54,914 nt of DNA from Chloroflexota bacterium (GCA_024224665.1 JAAENG010000424.1:1-54914); one strand, 5' to 3'. Positions 1 to 9,604 are shown, numbered from the stretch's first letter. The notes: generated by a model not told the origin, from the letters alone. Numbers and translations: made by a program.

Positions 1-175
1 ATGGTCCGTTCATGAATTGCTTTCCTTCAAAGTTCCTCCGCCGCAGTGGCGGCCCCACAAGCAACGAGGGCGACCATCGCTAGAGGCTTTACGCCTCATT
101 CAACGATGGTGTCCTACTCCCAGTTGAAGTGCAGTCCTACCCAGCACGCAGACCGGCGCGAAAAACAGTTATATC

Positions 176-514
176 GTGCAGGGTGAAGAGGGATCGGTGG
201 AGATGGCTAGTGGCCGGCGAACGCATCTCTTCGCTAAGCATGCGGCTGATGATATCTTGTTACGCCCCGCCGATCTCGGTTTGCCCGAACGTGAACGCCT
301 GTATCTACCGCCACTGGCCTCTCAGCATGCGTGCTTGAATGCAGCCATCCTGGCCGGTGAAGCCGGACCTGCTGCCGACCAAGTAGCGATGACGGCTGGA
401 ACGATTCTCTTTTCGCTTGGCGCGGTAGCTGATCTCGGCAGCGGCTATGTGACGGCTCGTTCGATTCTGCAAGCTGGCAAGGCACAACGGCGGCTTGAAT
501 TGCTCAGGGGTTGA
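176..514 (+). CDS. Anthranilate phosphoribosyltransferase (TrpD / glycosyltransferase family 3)-like C-terminal fragment, possibly a decayed gene
   Basis: The translation (YIVQGEEGSVEM...LRPADLGLP...LNAAILAG...ARSILQAGKAQRRLELL) follows the C-terminal third of TrpD. The usual HG and DE positions read QG and VE. All three forward frames have stops within nt 1-130, including an in-frame TGA at 125-127. Confidence 0.4.
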   Translation: MQGEEGSVEMASGRRTHLFAKHAADDILLRPADLGLPERERLYLPPLASQHACLNAAILAGEAGPAADQVAMTAGTILFSLGAVADLGSGYVTARSILQAGKAQRRLELLRG

Positions 515-581
515 AATGTAACTGTTGGATACACTACCGATAATTGTCACGATTTGAGCATTGATCCGCTATAATGATGGC

Positions 582-1814
582 ATGGTCAAAGAATTGGAAG
601 TCAAGCTAACAGGTGTCGCCCACGGCGGCGAAGCGCTGGGCAAGGTCGGCAAGCGGGTGATATTTGTCGCTTATGCGCTGCCGGGCGAGACCGTGCGCGT
701 CGAACTGGTAGAGGAACACAATCGCTGGCTACGGGGTAAACTGCTGGAGGTGATCGAGGCCAGCCCCGATCGCACAGAACCCTTCTGTCCCCATTTCGGT
801 CCGGAACATTGCGGTGGCTGCCAGTGGCAACACATCAAGCGCAAAGCACAACTGGATTATAAACGACGTATTGTTAGGGATCAGTTACAACGGGTGGGAC
901 GCCTGAACAAAGCCATCGTTCGCCCGACTGTGAATCTTGTGCCCGAGCGATCGTACCGCACCCAGATGATGTTCTTGCCCTCAAGTGGCGAATCCTTGGG
1001 CCTGCGCCAACCGGATAGCTACGATGTTCATCCTATCGATCACTGCCCGATTCTACATCCCACGCTGGCCGGTTTGTATGAGGATTTCAATGTAGCCTGG
1101 GATGGGTTGCGCAGTGTTGATTTAAGCGCTGGGCTCAGCAGTGAACAGCGCCTGGTTGCTCTGCGCACGCATCGTAACCAGGTCCCCGAGATCGAAGTGG
1201 ATATCCCGGTCTCTATCGTGCTGGAGAAAAACAACGGCGAGATCGTGCCTTTGATCGGCGATCCCTGGTTCTTCGAGACCATTGCCGGCCATGATTACCG
1301 TTTCACAGCCGGTACGCGTCGCCCCACCCATCCCGCCGCTCAGCAAGCTATTGTCGAAGTAGTTGCCGATTACGTGCGCCCCGGGCCCGGGCAAGTGATG
1401 ATGGACGTGTACTGCGGAAACGGTCTCTTCACCTTGGGCTTTGCCGGTCGCCTCAGTCTTGTCATTGGCATCGACGAAGATGCCATTGCCATGGAGGATT
1501 GCGCCTTCAATTGCAGCCATCTCGATAACGTGATGTTACATGAAGGCCCACCCCCGAAAGTGTTGCGCAAATTGCAGGACCCCATCGAGTTGGCCGTTGT
1601 GTCACCGCCGGCGGAGGGTATGGGACATCGCGTGGCGCAGAACTTGGCCCGTATGGGCGGGCGCCGCCTGGCTTACGTGGCCCATAATCCGGCCACACTG
1701 GCACGGGATCTACCTGAACTACAACGGGCAGGCTACGCGTTTCAGGAAGCGACGCCCATCGATGTTGCTCCCCAGACATATTATGTGGCGACGGTTGCGT
1801 TGTTTACCCGCTAG
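582..1814 (+). CDS. 23S rRNA (uracil-5)-methyltransferase, RumA/RlmD family (TRAM domain, Fe-S Cys cluster, SAM methyltransferase)
   Basis: N-terminal TRAM-like segment (GVAHGGEALGKV...VFVAYALPGETVRVEL). Cys cluster CPHFGPEHCGGCQWQH. SAM-binding DVYCGNGLF. The ORF opens at TTG 561; ATG 582 is preferred. Confidence 0.8.
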   Translation: MVKELEVKLTGVAHGGEALGKVGKRVIFVAYALPGETVRVELVEEHNRWLRGKLLEVIEASPDRTEPFCPHFGPEHCGGCQWQHIKRKAQLDYKRRIVRDQLQRVGRLNKAIVRPTVNLVPERSYRTQMMFLPSSGESLGLRQPDSYDVHPIDHCPILHPTLAGLYEDFNVAWDGLRSVDLSAGLSSEQRLVALRTHRNQVPEIEVDIPVSIVLEKNNGEIVPLIGDPWFFETIAGHDYRFTAGTRRPTHPAAQQAIVEVVADYVRPGPGQVMMDVYCGNGLFTLGFAGRLSLVIGIDEDAIAMEDCAFNCSHLDNVMLHEGPPPKVLRKLQDPIELAVVSPPAEGMGHRVAQNLARMGGRRLAYVAHNPATLARDLPELQRAGYAFQEATPIDVAPQTYYVATVALFTR

Positions 1815-1977
1815 TCTGAATTTGGATGCAATCCTTTAGGACCGATACAGGGAGCGCGGCTTGCGGCCCATGATCTGGAAATAGGGGTTGTTGGCACTGG
1901 CCTGAGCTTTGCAATCCGCAACGGAAAGATCGAATAACGGCACTTTGCCGTCGGTCAGATAATAGCTGCCACAGTTG

Positions 1978-3753
1978 CTATTCGATGAGCTTGAACCATC
2001 GAACCTGGTAGGGATGCAACGTGATCGACTGAGATATCTGCGACGGTTGGTCTTTGGCCAACAGGTCATATCCAATTCTCATCTGAGGAAGGCTATCGAA
2101 AAGAGGAGCCAACCCCAGCCTTTGCTCTCGGTCCGATACATTGACCAGACACAACACCACATCCGCTGCTTCTCTATCCGGCGAATATCCAGGGGAAATT
2201 CGGATAATGGCGAAAACGGCCGGATTAAGATCCAACACCCGCTGTTCGCCGGCTGGATGAAAGGCTGGATGTTGGCGGCGCACACGCAACATGTGCCGGT
2301 AGCCGTCGAACACCTGGCGTCTGCACCCCGCCGGATCGACTAAAGCAGCCTCTAAAGCCGGGAGAGAAAATTTCTCACGATTGAGGGAACGTGCCCGACC
2401 ACTTTTTGAAGAACAGATGTGGCAGTTTCGAGTCCCGAACAAGCTGTGGATGTAGATGCCCGGTACGCCTGACAGTGAAAGCAAGATGGCCTGGGAAGCG
2501 AGAAAGCGGGGGGCATCCAACGGGTCGGGTTCAGTGGGATCGTTCAAGAAATCGAAGAGGGTGGTGTTCAGTTCGTAAACACTCTGCGAACCGTCGGCAT
2601 TGGTTTTATAACTGACCTCCCCGCCATGCGCCCGCGTTTGGTCGGCCAAGGCTCGAATCTCATCACCGCTCAATATACCCTCTGCAGGGCGCACGCCGAT
2701 ACCGTCGTGTGAGGCGATGAAATTGAAAAAGGTAGCGCCGGCCGTAGGAGAATCCAAACTGGCCGCCCACGCCGAGAGTTTGCGGATCTCGCCACTCTGA
2801 AAGCTGTGCAGAGTCAGCGGGGCCAGTGAGAAGTTGTAGACCATCTGCGCTTCATCGCTGCCACCACCCGGCAGAGGTTCGCCGAAATAACTGATATTCT
2901 CGGCATGGGGCACATTAGTTTCGGTGATGAGGATGACGTGCGGCGCCACCTCGTCCAGTACAGCTCGCCATAGCTTCACGACGGCATGGGTCTGCGCTAG
3001 ATGGAGGCACGACGTGCCCAGCTCTTTCCACAGATAGGCAATGGCATCCAGGCGAATGATCTCAGCGCCGTGCTGGACGTAATGAAGCATCACGTCGATG
3101 ATCTCCAGCAAGACCTGAGGATTGGCGTAATTCAGGTCGATCTGATCCTCGCTGAAAGTTGTCCAAACATGGCGTATGCCATTCGCGGTTTCGACAGAGG
3201 TAAGCAAGGGAAGGGCGCGCGGGCGCACCACCATCGAGTAATCATCATCTGGATCGGCGGTGATGAAGTAATCTGCATAGGCCGGTTCACCCCGCCTGAA
3301 TCCCTGAAACCAAGCACTTTCCTGGGAGATGTGATTGATCACTGCGTCTAGCATCAGGAGATAATCCCGCCCCAAACTCTCGATGTCCTGCCAATCCCCC
3401 AGCTCAGGATCTATCTCGAGATAATCTATAACAGAAAAACCATCGTCCGATGAATAGGGAAAGCATGGCAAGATATGAACGCCACTGAAAGCATCGCCCA
3501 GGTGCTCATCCACAAACCGTTTCAGTGTCTGTAAAGGCGCCTGATTCGGCTCGCTTATCTGGTCGCCATACGTGATGAGGATGGCGTCCTGCTCGTTCAA
3601 CTGTCGAGCAGAGGATAGAGCACGCTCACATAACTGCGGATTGGTTGCTGCAAATTCGCCGAGCCGTCTCTCTAGCCGAGGCCAAACTTTACTTGCAGTT
3701 ATTTCTCCGTAGAGGAGAGTGAGCAGGCTAAAAATCCGTTCTCTGGCAATCAT
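1978..3753 (-). CDS. GH13 sucrose-phosphorylase-family glycoside phosphorylase (substrate not assignable from sequence alone)
   Basis: 591 aa with family-typical segments: ILITYGDQI, GVHILPCFPYSSDDGFSVIDY, LMLDAVINHIS, IIRLDAIAYLWKE, FIASHDGIG. It shares a strand with the adjacent sugar ABC and LacI genes. Confidence 0.8.
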   Translation of the reverse strand: MIARERIFSLLTLLYGEITASKVWPRLERRLGEFAATNPQLCERALSSARQLNEQDAILITYGDQISEPNQAPLQTLKRFVDEHLGDAFSGVHILPCFPYSSDDGFSVIDYLEIDPELGDWQDIESLGRDYLLMLDAVINHISQESAWFQGFRRGEPAYADYFITADPDDDYSMVVRPRALPLLTSVETANGIRHVWTTFSEDQIDLNYANPQVLLEIIDVMLHYVQHGAEIIRLDAIAYLWKELGTSCLHLAQTHAVVKLWRAVLDEVAPHVILITETNVPHAENISYFGEPLPGGGSDEAQMVYNFSLAPLTLHSFQSGEIRKLSAWAASLDSPTAGATFFNFIASHDGIGVRPAEGILSGDEIRALADQTRAHGGEVSYKTNADGSQSVYELNTTLFDFLNDPTEPDPLDAPRFLASQAILLSLSGVPGIYIHSLFGTRNCHICSSKSGRARSLNREKFSLPALEAALVDPAGCRRQVFDGYRHMLRVRRQHPAFHPAGEQRVLDLNPAVFAIIRISPGYSPDREAADVVLCLVNVSDREQRLGLAPLFDSLPQMRIGYDLLAKDQPSQISQSITLHPYQVRWFKLIE

Positions 3754-3921
3754 GTGAAACAGTGATGAGACTCAGAAAGTGAAGGTTAAGCCAATGCTCA
3801 TGGTGGTTGGTGAGGGGCAGGTCAGTTTGGACACTGAGGCGTCGTGACCCACCACAGTGAATCATTGTGTGGTGTAATGAAATGGTGTAAACTAACTACA
3901 CTAGCCTAAGGAGTCAAACTT

Positions 3922-4281
3922 ATGCCTACAACTACGACGAAACGGATCAACGTCACGTTTCCGGTTGATGTTCTGGACAGTCTGAGAGATCTGGCGCCGA
4001 AGCGGGAACGAAATAAATTTATAGTAGAGGCTGTACAAGCTGCGATCAGACACGAAAGTTGGGGGAAAGTGCTCACTGAATTGCGAGAAGAAGGGCCAAT
4101 CTGGAAAGCGGAAGATCATCCAGAAATGCTTACCGAAGAGGATATTGATCGCCGGGTGCGGGATTTACGTGATACATCGATGTCGCGTACCTGGGATGAG
4201 ATACTAGCAGAAGATGGGGACGATGTGAAAACGAGGCCACTGCCAGGAGAGAAGATCAAGAATGCACGGCAACCTACTTGA
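3922..4281 (+). CDS. vapB: Ribbon-helix-helix (CopG-like) antitoxin of a VapBC-type module
   Basis: N-terminal RHH pattern (KRINVTFPVDVLDSLRDLAPKRERNKFIVEAV). It overlaps the downstream PIN gene by 20 nt. A GGAG ribosome-binding site sits upstream. Confidence 0.6.
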   Translation: MPTTTTKRINVTFPVDVLDSLRDLAPKRERNKFIVEAVQAAIRHESWGKVLTELREEGPIWKAEDHPEMLTEEDIDRRVRDLRDTSMSRTWDEILAEDGDDVKTRPLPGEKIKNARQPT

Positions 4282-4651
4282 CTCCAACGTTCTTATTAAA
4301 CTTATTCGCCGAGAACAACGAATTGAGAATATATTCCTCGGCTGGCATGCGCAAGGAACTGAACTTTTTATATCTGTTGCCACACGCACCGAGATCATTG
4401 CTGGCATGCACCCAATCGAAGAGGAGCGTACGCTGAGATTGCTCAATAGCCTTGTCAGCCTCTCCGTGGATGATAACATCGCCGATCAAGCCGGTCGTTG
4501 GATATATCTATACCGTCGCCAGGGCATCCAGCTTGCCTTGGCGGATACGATCATCGCAGCTACCGCCTGGGCACATGGTCTGACACTGGTGACATCAAAT
4601 GCCAAGCATTTTCCGATGGAAAACGTTAACGTGCTGGCTGTCAATTACTAA
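4262..4651 (+). CDS. vapC: PIN-domain ribonuclease toxin (VapC family)
   Basis: 129 aa with PIN acidic signature positions: LLDSNVL (Asp near the N-terminus), TRTEI (Glu), LADTIIAATA (Asp), TSNAKHF. Confidence 0.8.
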   Translation: MHGNLLDSNVLIKLIRREQRIENIFLGWHAQGTELFISVATRTEIIAGMHPIEEERTLRLLNSLVSLSVDDNIADQAGRWIYLYRRQGIQLALADTIIAATAWAHGLTLVTSNAKHFPMENVNVLAVNY

Positions 4652-4662
4652 TATCCTGCGAT

Positions 4663-5562
4663 CTATCCTTTTACACCACCGGCGGCCAGGCCCTCAGACA
4701 AGAAGCGTTCCATGCCCAGGAATAGCAGAACGATGGGAATGGTCATGATGGTGGAGGCTGCCATAACCACATGCGGACGAGGACTGGGATCGTTAAAAAT
4801 CGTGTTGATCTTGATGGGCATGGTGAACATGTCACGCTGGTTCAGAAACACCAGCGCGTACAGAAATTCGTTCCAAGCGATCATAAAAGTATAAATGCCC
4901 ACCGAGACCAAGGCGGGGATGGAAAGGGGCAGAGTGATCTTCCAGATCACGGCGAAACGAGAGCAGCCGTCGATTAGGCCGGCTTGCTCGATTTCTTCTG
5001 GGATCGTGCGAAAATAGTTGGCCAGCATATAAAGGGCCACAGGTAAGGTTTGCGCCAGGTAGGTGAAGACCAGGATCGGCAGATTATCTTGCACCTCGAA
5101 GCCCAAGCTCGTCCCGATTTTACTGAGCATTGCAAACAAGGGGATGATGAGCAAGATACCAGGGAAGAGATAGATGGCCAGGATGCCATTGAGCATGATG
5201 TCCTTTCCGCCGAAACGGAGGCGGACGATAGCATAAGCGCCCAACATCGAGAGTATGACGGCAATAAGCGACGTTGGGATGGCGACCAGGAAGCTGTTGA
5301 AGATATTTTGAGCGAAATTCCAAAAGTCGAATAATTCGAGATAAGCATCCCAACGCAATTCAGAGGGGATATAAACGGGTGCTCGTGCGCCGATCTCGGC
5401 GTAGGTCTTGAAGGAGGAACTGAGCATCCAATAGAAGGGGAAGAGAATACCGACTAGGAAAAAGCTCATCACCATGAGAAAGATGAATTTCGGCCAAGTC
5501 AGCCAGCGCCCCAGATGCTCGAAGTAAGTAAGTTGTTCGTTGTCCGCAGTGGTTTTTGCCAC
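4663..5562 (-). CDS. Carbohydrate ABC transporter permease (MalG/CUT1-like)
   Basis: Six predicted TM segments. EAA-type loop (EIEQAGLIDGCSRFAVIWKITLPL). GTG start preceded by a GGAGG site. Confidence 0.85.
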   Translation of the reverse strand: MAKTTADNEQLTYFEHLGRWLTWPKFIFLMVMSFFLVGILFPFYWMLSSSFKTYAEIGARAPVYIPSELRWDAYLELFDFWNFAQNIFNSFLVAIPTSLIAVILSMLGAYAIVRLRFGGKDIMLNGILAIYLFPGILLIIPLFAMLSKIGTSLGFEVQDNLPILVFTYLAQTLPVALYMLANYFRTIPEEIEQAGLIDGCSRFAVIWKITLPLSIPALVSVGIYTFMIAWNEFLYALVFLNQRDMFTMPIKINTIFNDPSPRPHVVMAASTIMTIPIVLLFLGMERFLSEGLAAGGVKG

Positions 5563-5574
5563 GATTACCTCCTT

Positions 5575-6537
5575 CTATGCCTCTTCTGCAGTACGCATGA
5601 AGAGCGCCACATAAACGATAAGGAATATCACCAGCGTCACCAGCAAAATCATGGCAGTGGCAGCGCCTGTGCCAAAATCGAAGAGTTTGAAACTGAACTG
5701 GTAGGTGAGCACGGGCAACACATTGGTGCCAAAACCGCCGCCGGTCAGCAAAAAGATGTCATCGAATTTATTGAATGTCCAGATAAGGCGCAGCAAGAAG
5801 ATCGCCCCAATCACATAGCGCAGTTCGGGAATCGTGATGTGTTTGAACTTAGCCCAATCGGAAGCCCCATCCACGTCGGCTGCTTCATAGAGTGTTCGAT
5901 CAACCGCCTGTAGGCGCGCCAAGATCATGAGCATAGCAAAGGGGAAATAGCGCCAGGCCTCAAAGAAAATAACGATGAGTAATGCAAGACCGCGCTGTGC
6001 CAAATAGGCTTTGGGCAGATCGATGAGCCCTAGGCTCATGAGGATGTGGTTGACTACACCGGATGGGCGGGGATCGAGGATCCACTTCCAAACAAAGGCC
6101 ACGCTGATGATAGGCGCCACATAGGAGAACAGAAAGATAGCCCGCGCCGTCCCGCGGCCGCGAAATGGCCGGTTGAGTAGAATCGCCGCAACCAACCCCA
6201 ACGCTACTGTCAAAGCGGTTGATACGAAGGAATAGACAACGCTGGTGACTGCCGCACCCCAGTTATTTAGCCCCTGAAATTTGAAGGCGAAATCATTGAA
6301 TACCCGCTGATAGTTCTCTAGGCCCACAAACTCCGCATTGAAGACATCGTTAAGATTGTTCAACCCTACATCGTGAAAGCTAATCCAAATGCTGAAAAAG
6401 GCAGGGAAAAGTACCAAGCTAAACACGATAAACGCTGTGGGAAGAATCAGGGCCCAGGCCAAGCGTGATTCTCTGGCGTTCATTGAGTTCCAGCGTTGTC
6501 GCCACGATGCTTTCGCCGGTTGGGTTGTCGTCATCAT
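5575..6537 (-). CDS. Carbohydrate ABC transporter permease (MalF/CUT1-like)
   Basis: TM-rich with an EAA loop (YEAADVDGASDWAKFKHITIPEL). The ATG at 6537 has a GGGAG site 5 nt upstream; the ORF could extend to 6549. Confidence 0.85.
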   Translation of the reverse strand: MMTTTQPAKASWRQRWNSMNARESRLAWALILPTAFIVFSLVLFPAFFSIWISFHDVGLNNLNDVFNAEFVGLENYQRVFNDFAFKFQGLNNWGAAVTSVVYSFVSTALTVALGLVAAILLNRPFRGRGTARAIFLFSYVAPIISVAFVWKWILDPRPSGVVNHILMSLGLIDLPKAYLAQRGLALLIVIFFEAWRYFPFAMLMILARLQAVDRTLYEAADVDGASDWAKFKHITIPELRYVIGAIFLLRLIWTFNKFDDIFLLTGGGFGTNVLPVLTYQFSFKLFDFGTGAATAMILLVTLVIFLIVYVALFMRTAEEA

Positions 6538-6640
6538 TCCAACTCCCATTCGGTCTGGATTGGTGAGAGGCCCAGCCCGTCTGGACCAGGCCTCTCAGGG
6601 GTAACGCGCGTATGTCAGATACACGTGTTATTGCGGACTA

Positions 6641-8038
6641 TTACTCGGCCTGGCGTTCGGCATAAATGGCATCTACCTGCTCTTGCAGCCATTCGGCAGC
6701 CGTCTCTGGCGTCATAATGCCTTCAAGGGCAATGTTGCTGATGGCCTGCGGAATCAGTAGACGACCCTCGATGTCGCCAACCACTGCTCGCTGGGCGGAA
6801 TCATAATCGGGTCGGAATAACCAGCGCTGCATGGTGTCGAAACCACCTGCGATCTGGCCCAGGGTCTCGGCGGAATAATTCGCGAAGTAGGGGCTGAGTC
6901 CTGACCAGCCCTCTACAGCGCTCTCCAGCGTTGGAACCTTACCAAATGGAGCCAGAGCTAGCACTTCGGTGTAGTTGTCGCCGGACATATAGAACTTCAC
7001 CACATCTTGCGCGATTGGATCGGCGCCTTCCATGATACCCAGCGTAACCAATTGGCCGTAAGAAGCGGAGCCGTTGGGGCCTTCCATCATCGAGGCGAAC
7101 CCGGTGTTACCAGGCAGGTCTTCGATCAGAATGTCGACGTTACCACCGGCTTCCAGGCCGGAGCCATCCACCAAGTCGTCCATGATGTAGGTGCTGTAGA
7201 CCAATGTGCCTGCCTGATCGAGTTGATACGCTTCACGAGCGCCTCGCCAGTATTGGGGGCCAGGCGGGGCACAGCGCTGCAGACCTGCGTAAAAGGCCAG
7301 AGCTTCAACCATCTCGGGCGTATTCATGGTTACATTGCCTTCCGCGTCGAAGGGCCAGGCATTGTTAGACATAGCCACCTGTTCGAACATCTGGTGAGGA
7401 TAGTTCTGGCCGGGGTCGGTACCCAAAGTGGCGCCATAGAGAAGGTTGCCGGTTCCAGGTAGCGTATCGCAAGCGGCGTTGATATCATCCCAGCTGACTG
7501 GTGGGTTCAGACCGGCATCTTCAAATAGATCGGTGCGATACCAGATCGCTTGAATCCAACCATCAAAAGGCACAGCGGCATACGTGCCCGTGGATGGATC
7601 AGTCACCATCGCCAGGGGACCCGTACGGAAGTCATCTTCACCGATGGCTTGAATGGCCGCAGTTGCAGCTTCCTGATCCAGGATACCGTCGGCAGAAAAG
7701 GTCGAAACACGCTCGATGCCCATACGCACGATGTCAGGCAGGCGGTTGGCAGCACGAGCCGTGGCGATGCGTTGGGAGATGCCCGCTTCCTCGATGGGCA
7801 CAATACGCAAATCTACACCTGGATTCTCGGCCATATAGCGGTCTGCGATTGCCTCATAGACCAAGATGCGATCTTCTTCATTGTCCGAGGTCCAGAATTC
7901 AATAACGGTCATGTCCATGGGCTCGGCTGGGACTTCGACGATTTTCTCGACTTCGATAACTTGGGGGGCGCCACACGCTGCCAGCACAGTTGCCAGCATC
8001 ATGACCAGCGCTACAAGCAAGAACGATTTCTTCATCAT
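6641..8038 (-). CDS. Extracellular sugar-binding lipoprotein of the ABC transporter
   Basis: Lipoprotein signal MMKKSFLLVALVMMLATVLAAC. Size and composition fit a family-1 solute-binding protein. GGAG site upstream of ATG 8038; the longer ORF to 8173 overlaps the end of lacI. Confidence 0.85.
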   Translation of the reverse strand: MMKKSFLLVALVMMLATVLAACGAPQVIEVEKIVEVPAEPMDMTVIEFWTSDNEEDRILVYEAIADRYMAENPGVDLRIVPIEEAGISQRIATARAANRLPDIVRMGIERVSTFSADGILDQEAATAAIQAIGEDDFRTGPLAMVTDPSTGTYAAVPFDGWIQAIWYRTDLFEDAGLNPPVSWDDINAACDTLPGTGNLLYGATLGTDPGQNYPHQMFEQVAMSNNAWPFDAEGNVTMNTPEMVEALAFYAGLQRCAPPGPQYWRGAREAYQLDQAGTLVYSTYIMDDLVDGSGLEAGGNVDILIEDLPGNTGFASMMEGPNGSASYGQLVTLGIMEGADPIAQDVVKFYMSGDNYTEVLALAPFGKVPTLESAVEGWSGLSPYFANYSAETLGQIAGGFDTMQRWLFRPDYDSAQRAVVGDIEGRLLIPQAISNIALEGIMTPETAAEWLQEQVDAIYAERQAE

Positions 8039-8127
8039 GTTTTCTCCTGAGAGTGGTGGGTGGATACGTTGAGCATTTGGAATGCGCGATACAGGCTGAG
8101 ATCTCTGTTGGACAGATTGCACCTCCT

Positions 8128-9171
8128 TTAAGATTCGATGTCGCCGCTGGCAGGGTACGGCTGCGCGCCGCACGATCTGCGAACGACCAGCGTAGGTTGT
8201 AAGATGATCTGTTGCTGCTTCAGTTCATCGCCGCGAATGAGTTTAAGCAGCATGTCGCACACCATGGCGCCGATCTTATAGATTGGTTGGTGTACGGTGG
8301 TAAGAGGGGGATGTGCGTGTTCAGACATGGGGATATCATCGAATCCAGTGATGGCGATATCCTTGCCCACGACCAGTCCGCGATGCTGGGCAGCGCTCAT
8401 GGCGCCAAAAGCCATGAGATCATTGCCGGCAATGATCGCCGTCGGCGGCTTGGCGTTGTTGAGCAGTGATTCCGTCGCCCGATATCCGCCACGCTGCGTG
8501 AGATCGCTTGTCACGATTTGGGGTGGATCCAAGTCCAGTCCGGTGCTTGCTAACCCCTCGCAAAAACCATGTAAGCGAAATTGCGTGAGCATGAGTTCGG
8601 GCGGTGGGGCGATGAAGGCGAAGCGGCGGTGTCGCAGGCCCATCAGGTGCTCGACCAACAGCCGTGTGCCCAAAGCACTATCCTCGTCTACCAGTGGGAA
8701 ATCCAACTCGCCCTCTGTGCGGCCAAACACCACGAAAGGGATTGTAGAGTTGCGCAAATATTCGATGCGGGGATCAATCCGCCGTGTGCGCACTACCACC
8801 AGCCCATCTACCCGCCTCCCCTGAACTTTACGGCGATACACATCCAATTCGCCATCTCCGGGTGCCTGGGTAGACACGAGTAAGTCATAGCCATGTTCTG
8901 CCGCCTTGTTACCCACACCCGCTAAAAACTCGCTGAAAAAGGGATCGGAAAAGCGAGGACCAAAGGTGGGCAAAACCAGGCCGATGATATCTGTACGCCG
9001 TTTCTGCAAACTTTGTGCCACACGGTTCGGTGTGTACCCCATCTCATCCGCTACCCGACGTACAAGCTCCTTAGTGCTGAGACTGACATCGTCCTTATCA
9101 GCCAGCGCGCGCGAAACGGTGGTAATCGATTTTCCCGTTTGTTGGGCAATGTCTTTGATCGTAACGGACAT
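8128..9171 (-). CDS. LacI-family transcriptional regulator
   Basis: N-terminal HTH (VTIKDIAQQTGKSITTVSRAL) followed by a periplasmic-binding-protein-like sugar-binding core. Confidence 0.9.
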   Translation of the reverse strand: MSVTIKDIAQQTGKSITTVSRALADKDDVSLSTKELVRRVADEMGYTPNRVAQSLQKRRTDIIGLVLPTFGPRFSDPFFSEFLAGVGNKAAEHGYDLLVSTQAPGDGELDVYRRKVQGRRVDGLVVVRTRRIDPRIEYLRNSTIPFVVFGRTEGELDFPLVDEDSALGTRLLVEHLMGLRHRRFAFIAPPPELMLTQFRLHGFCEGLASTGLDLDPPQIVTSDLTQRGGYRATESLLNNAKPPTAIIAGNDLMAFGAMSAAQHRGLVVGKDIAITGFDDIPMSEHAHPPLTTVHQPIYKIGAMVCDMLLKLIRGDELKQQQIILQPTLVVRRSCGAQPYPASGDIES

Positions 9172-9215
9172 GACGCCATCGCCTGATAGTTTGTTCAGAC
9201 AGCACAATATATGAA

Positions 9216-9229
9216 TCAAAACGTTTTGG
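9216..9229. promoter_or_regulatory. LacI-type palindromic operator, copy 2 (tCAAAACGTTTTGg)
   Basis: The core CAAAACGTTTTG is a perfect palindrome with the central CG typical of LacI-family operators. It lies about 45 nt upstream of the lacI-family start codon. Confidence 0.6.
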
Positions 9230-9240
9230 TTCGTACTGCT

Positions 9241-9269
9241 AGTGTATTCCAAAACGTTTTGGTTGTCAA
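9241..9269 (-). promoter_or_regulatory. Putative sigma-70 promoter of the lacI-family/sugar-transport operon
   Basis: Read on the minus strand: TTGACA, a 17-nt spacer that contains operator copy 1, then TACACT. Confidence 0.45.
9249..9262. promoter_or_regulatory. LacI-type palindromic operator, copy 1 (CCAAAACGTTTTGG)
   Basis: Perfect 14-bp palindrome. It sits inside the spacer of the putative minus-strand promoter. Confidence 0.6.
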
Positions 9270-9396
9270 TTCAAGTGCCTACGAGGTGTGTGCGTCAAGA
9301 TTTCAGATAGACAATTATGCCCCAGCCGGATCGACAAATCCGGCGGTCTCAAACGGCAGATCTGTCGATCTGTCTGGAGCGATAGACCCAGAATCC

Positions 9397-9437
9397 AAAA
9401 AAAACTGGCGCACACCCGCCTAGGGGGTCTGTGTGCC
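9397..9437 (-). terminator. Intrinsic terminator-like hairpin plus T8 tract on the minus strand, with no assigned upstream gene
   Basis: Minus strand reads GGCACACAGACCCCC-TA-GGCGGGTGTGCGCC followed by AGTTTTTTTT. Confidence 0.5.
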
Positions 9438-9604
9438 TGATTGGGCTCAAGGTAATATTTTGTTCGTTACGCTGACGTTTTTTCGCGGTTCTCGCAAGGG
9501 GTCGCCCTGACCATATAGCGCTGGTCACAGCCATGTCCTTTACACCGTAACCACCTGCAGACTGTTTCCCGACACTAGGAATATCCTTGATCACGGCAAG
9601 AATT

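Noticed and set aside
1836-2075. 79-aa minus-strand ORF in the gap between the methyltransferase and the phosphorylase.
   Set aside because: Its only Met start lies inside the phosphorylase coding region. There is no motif or ribosome-binding site. The non-overlapping part is only about 45 codons without a convincing start.
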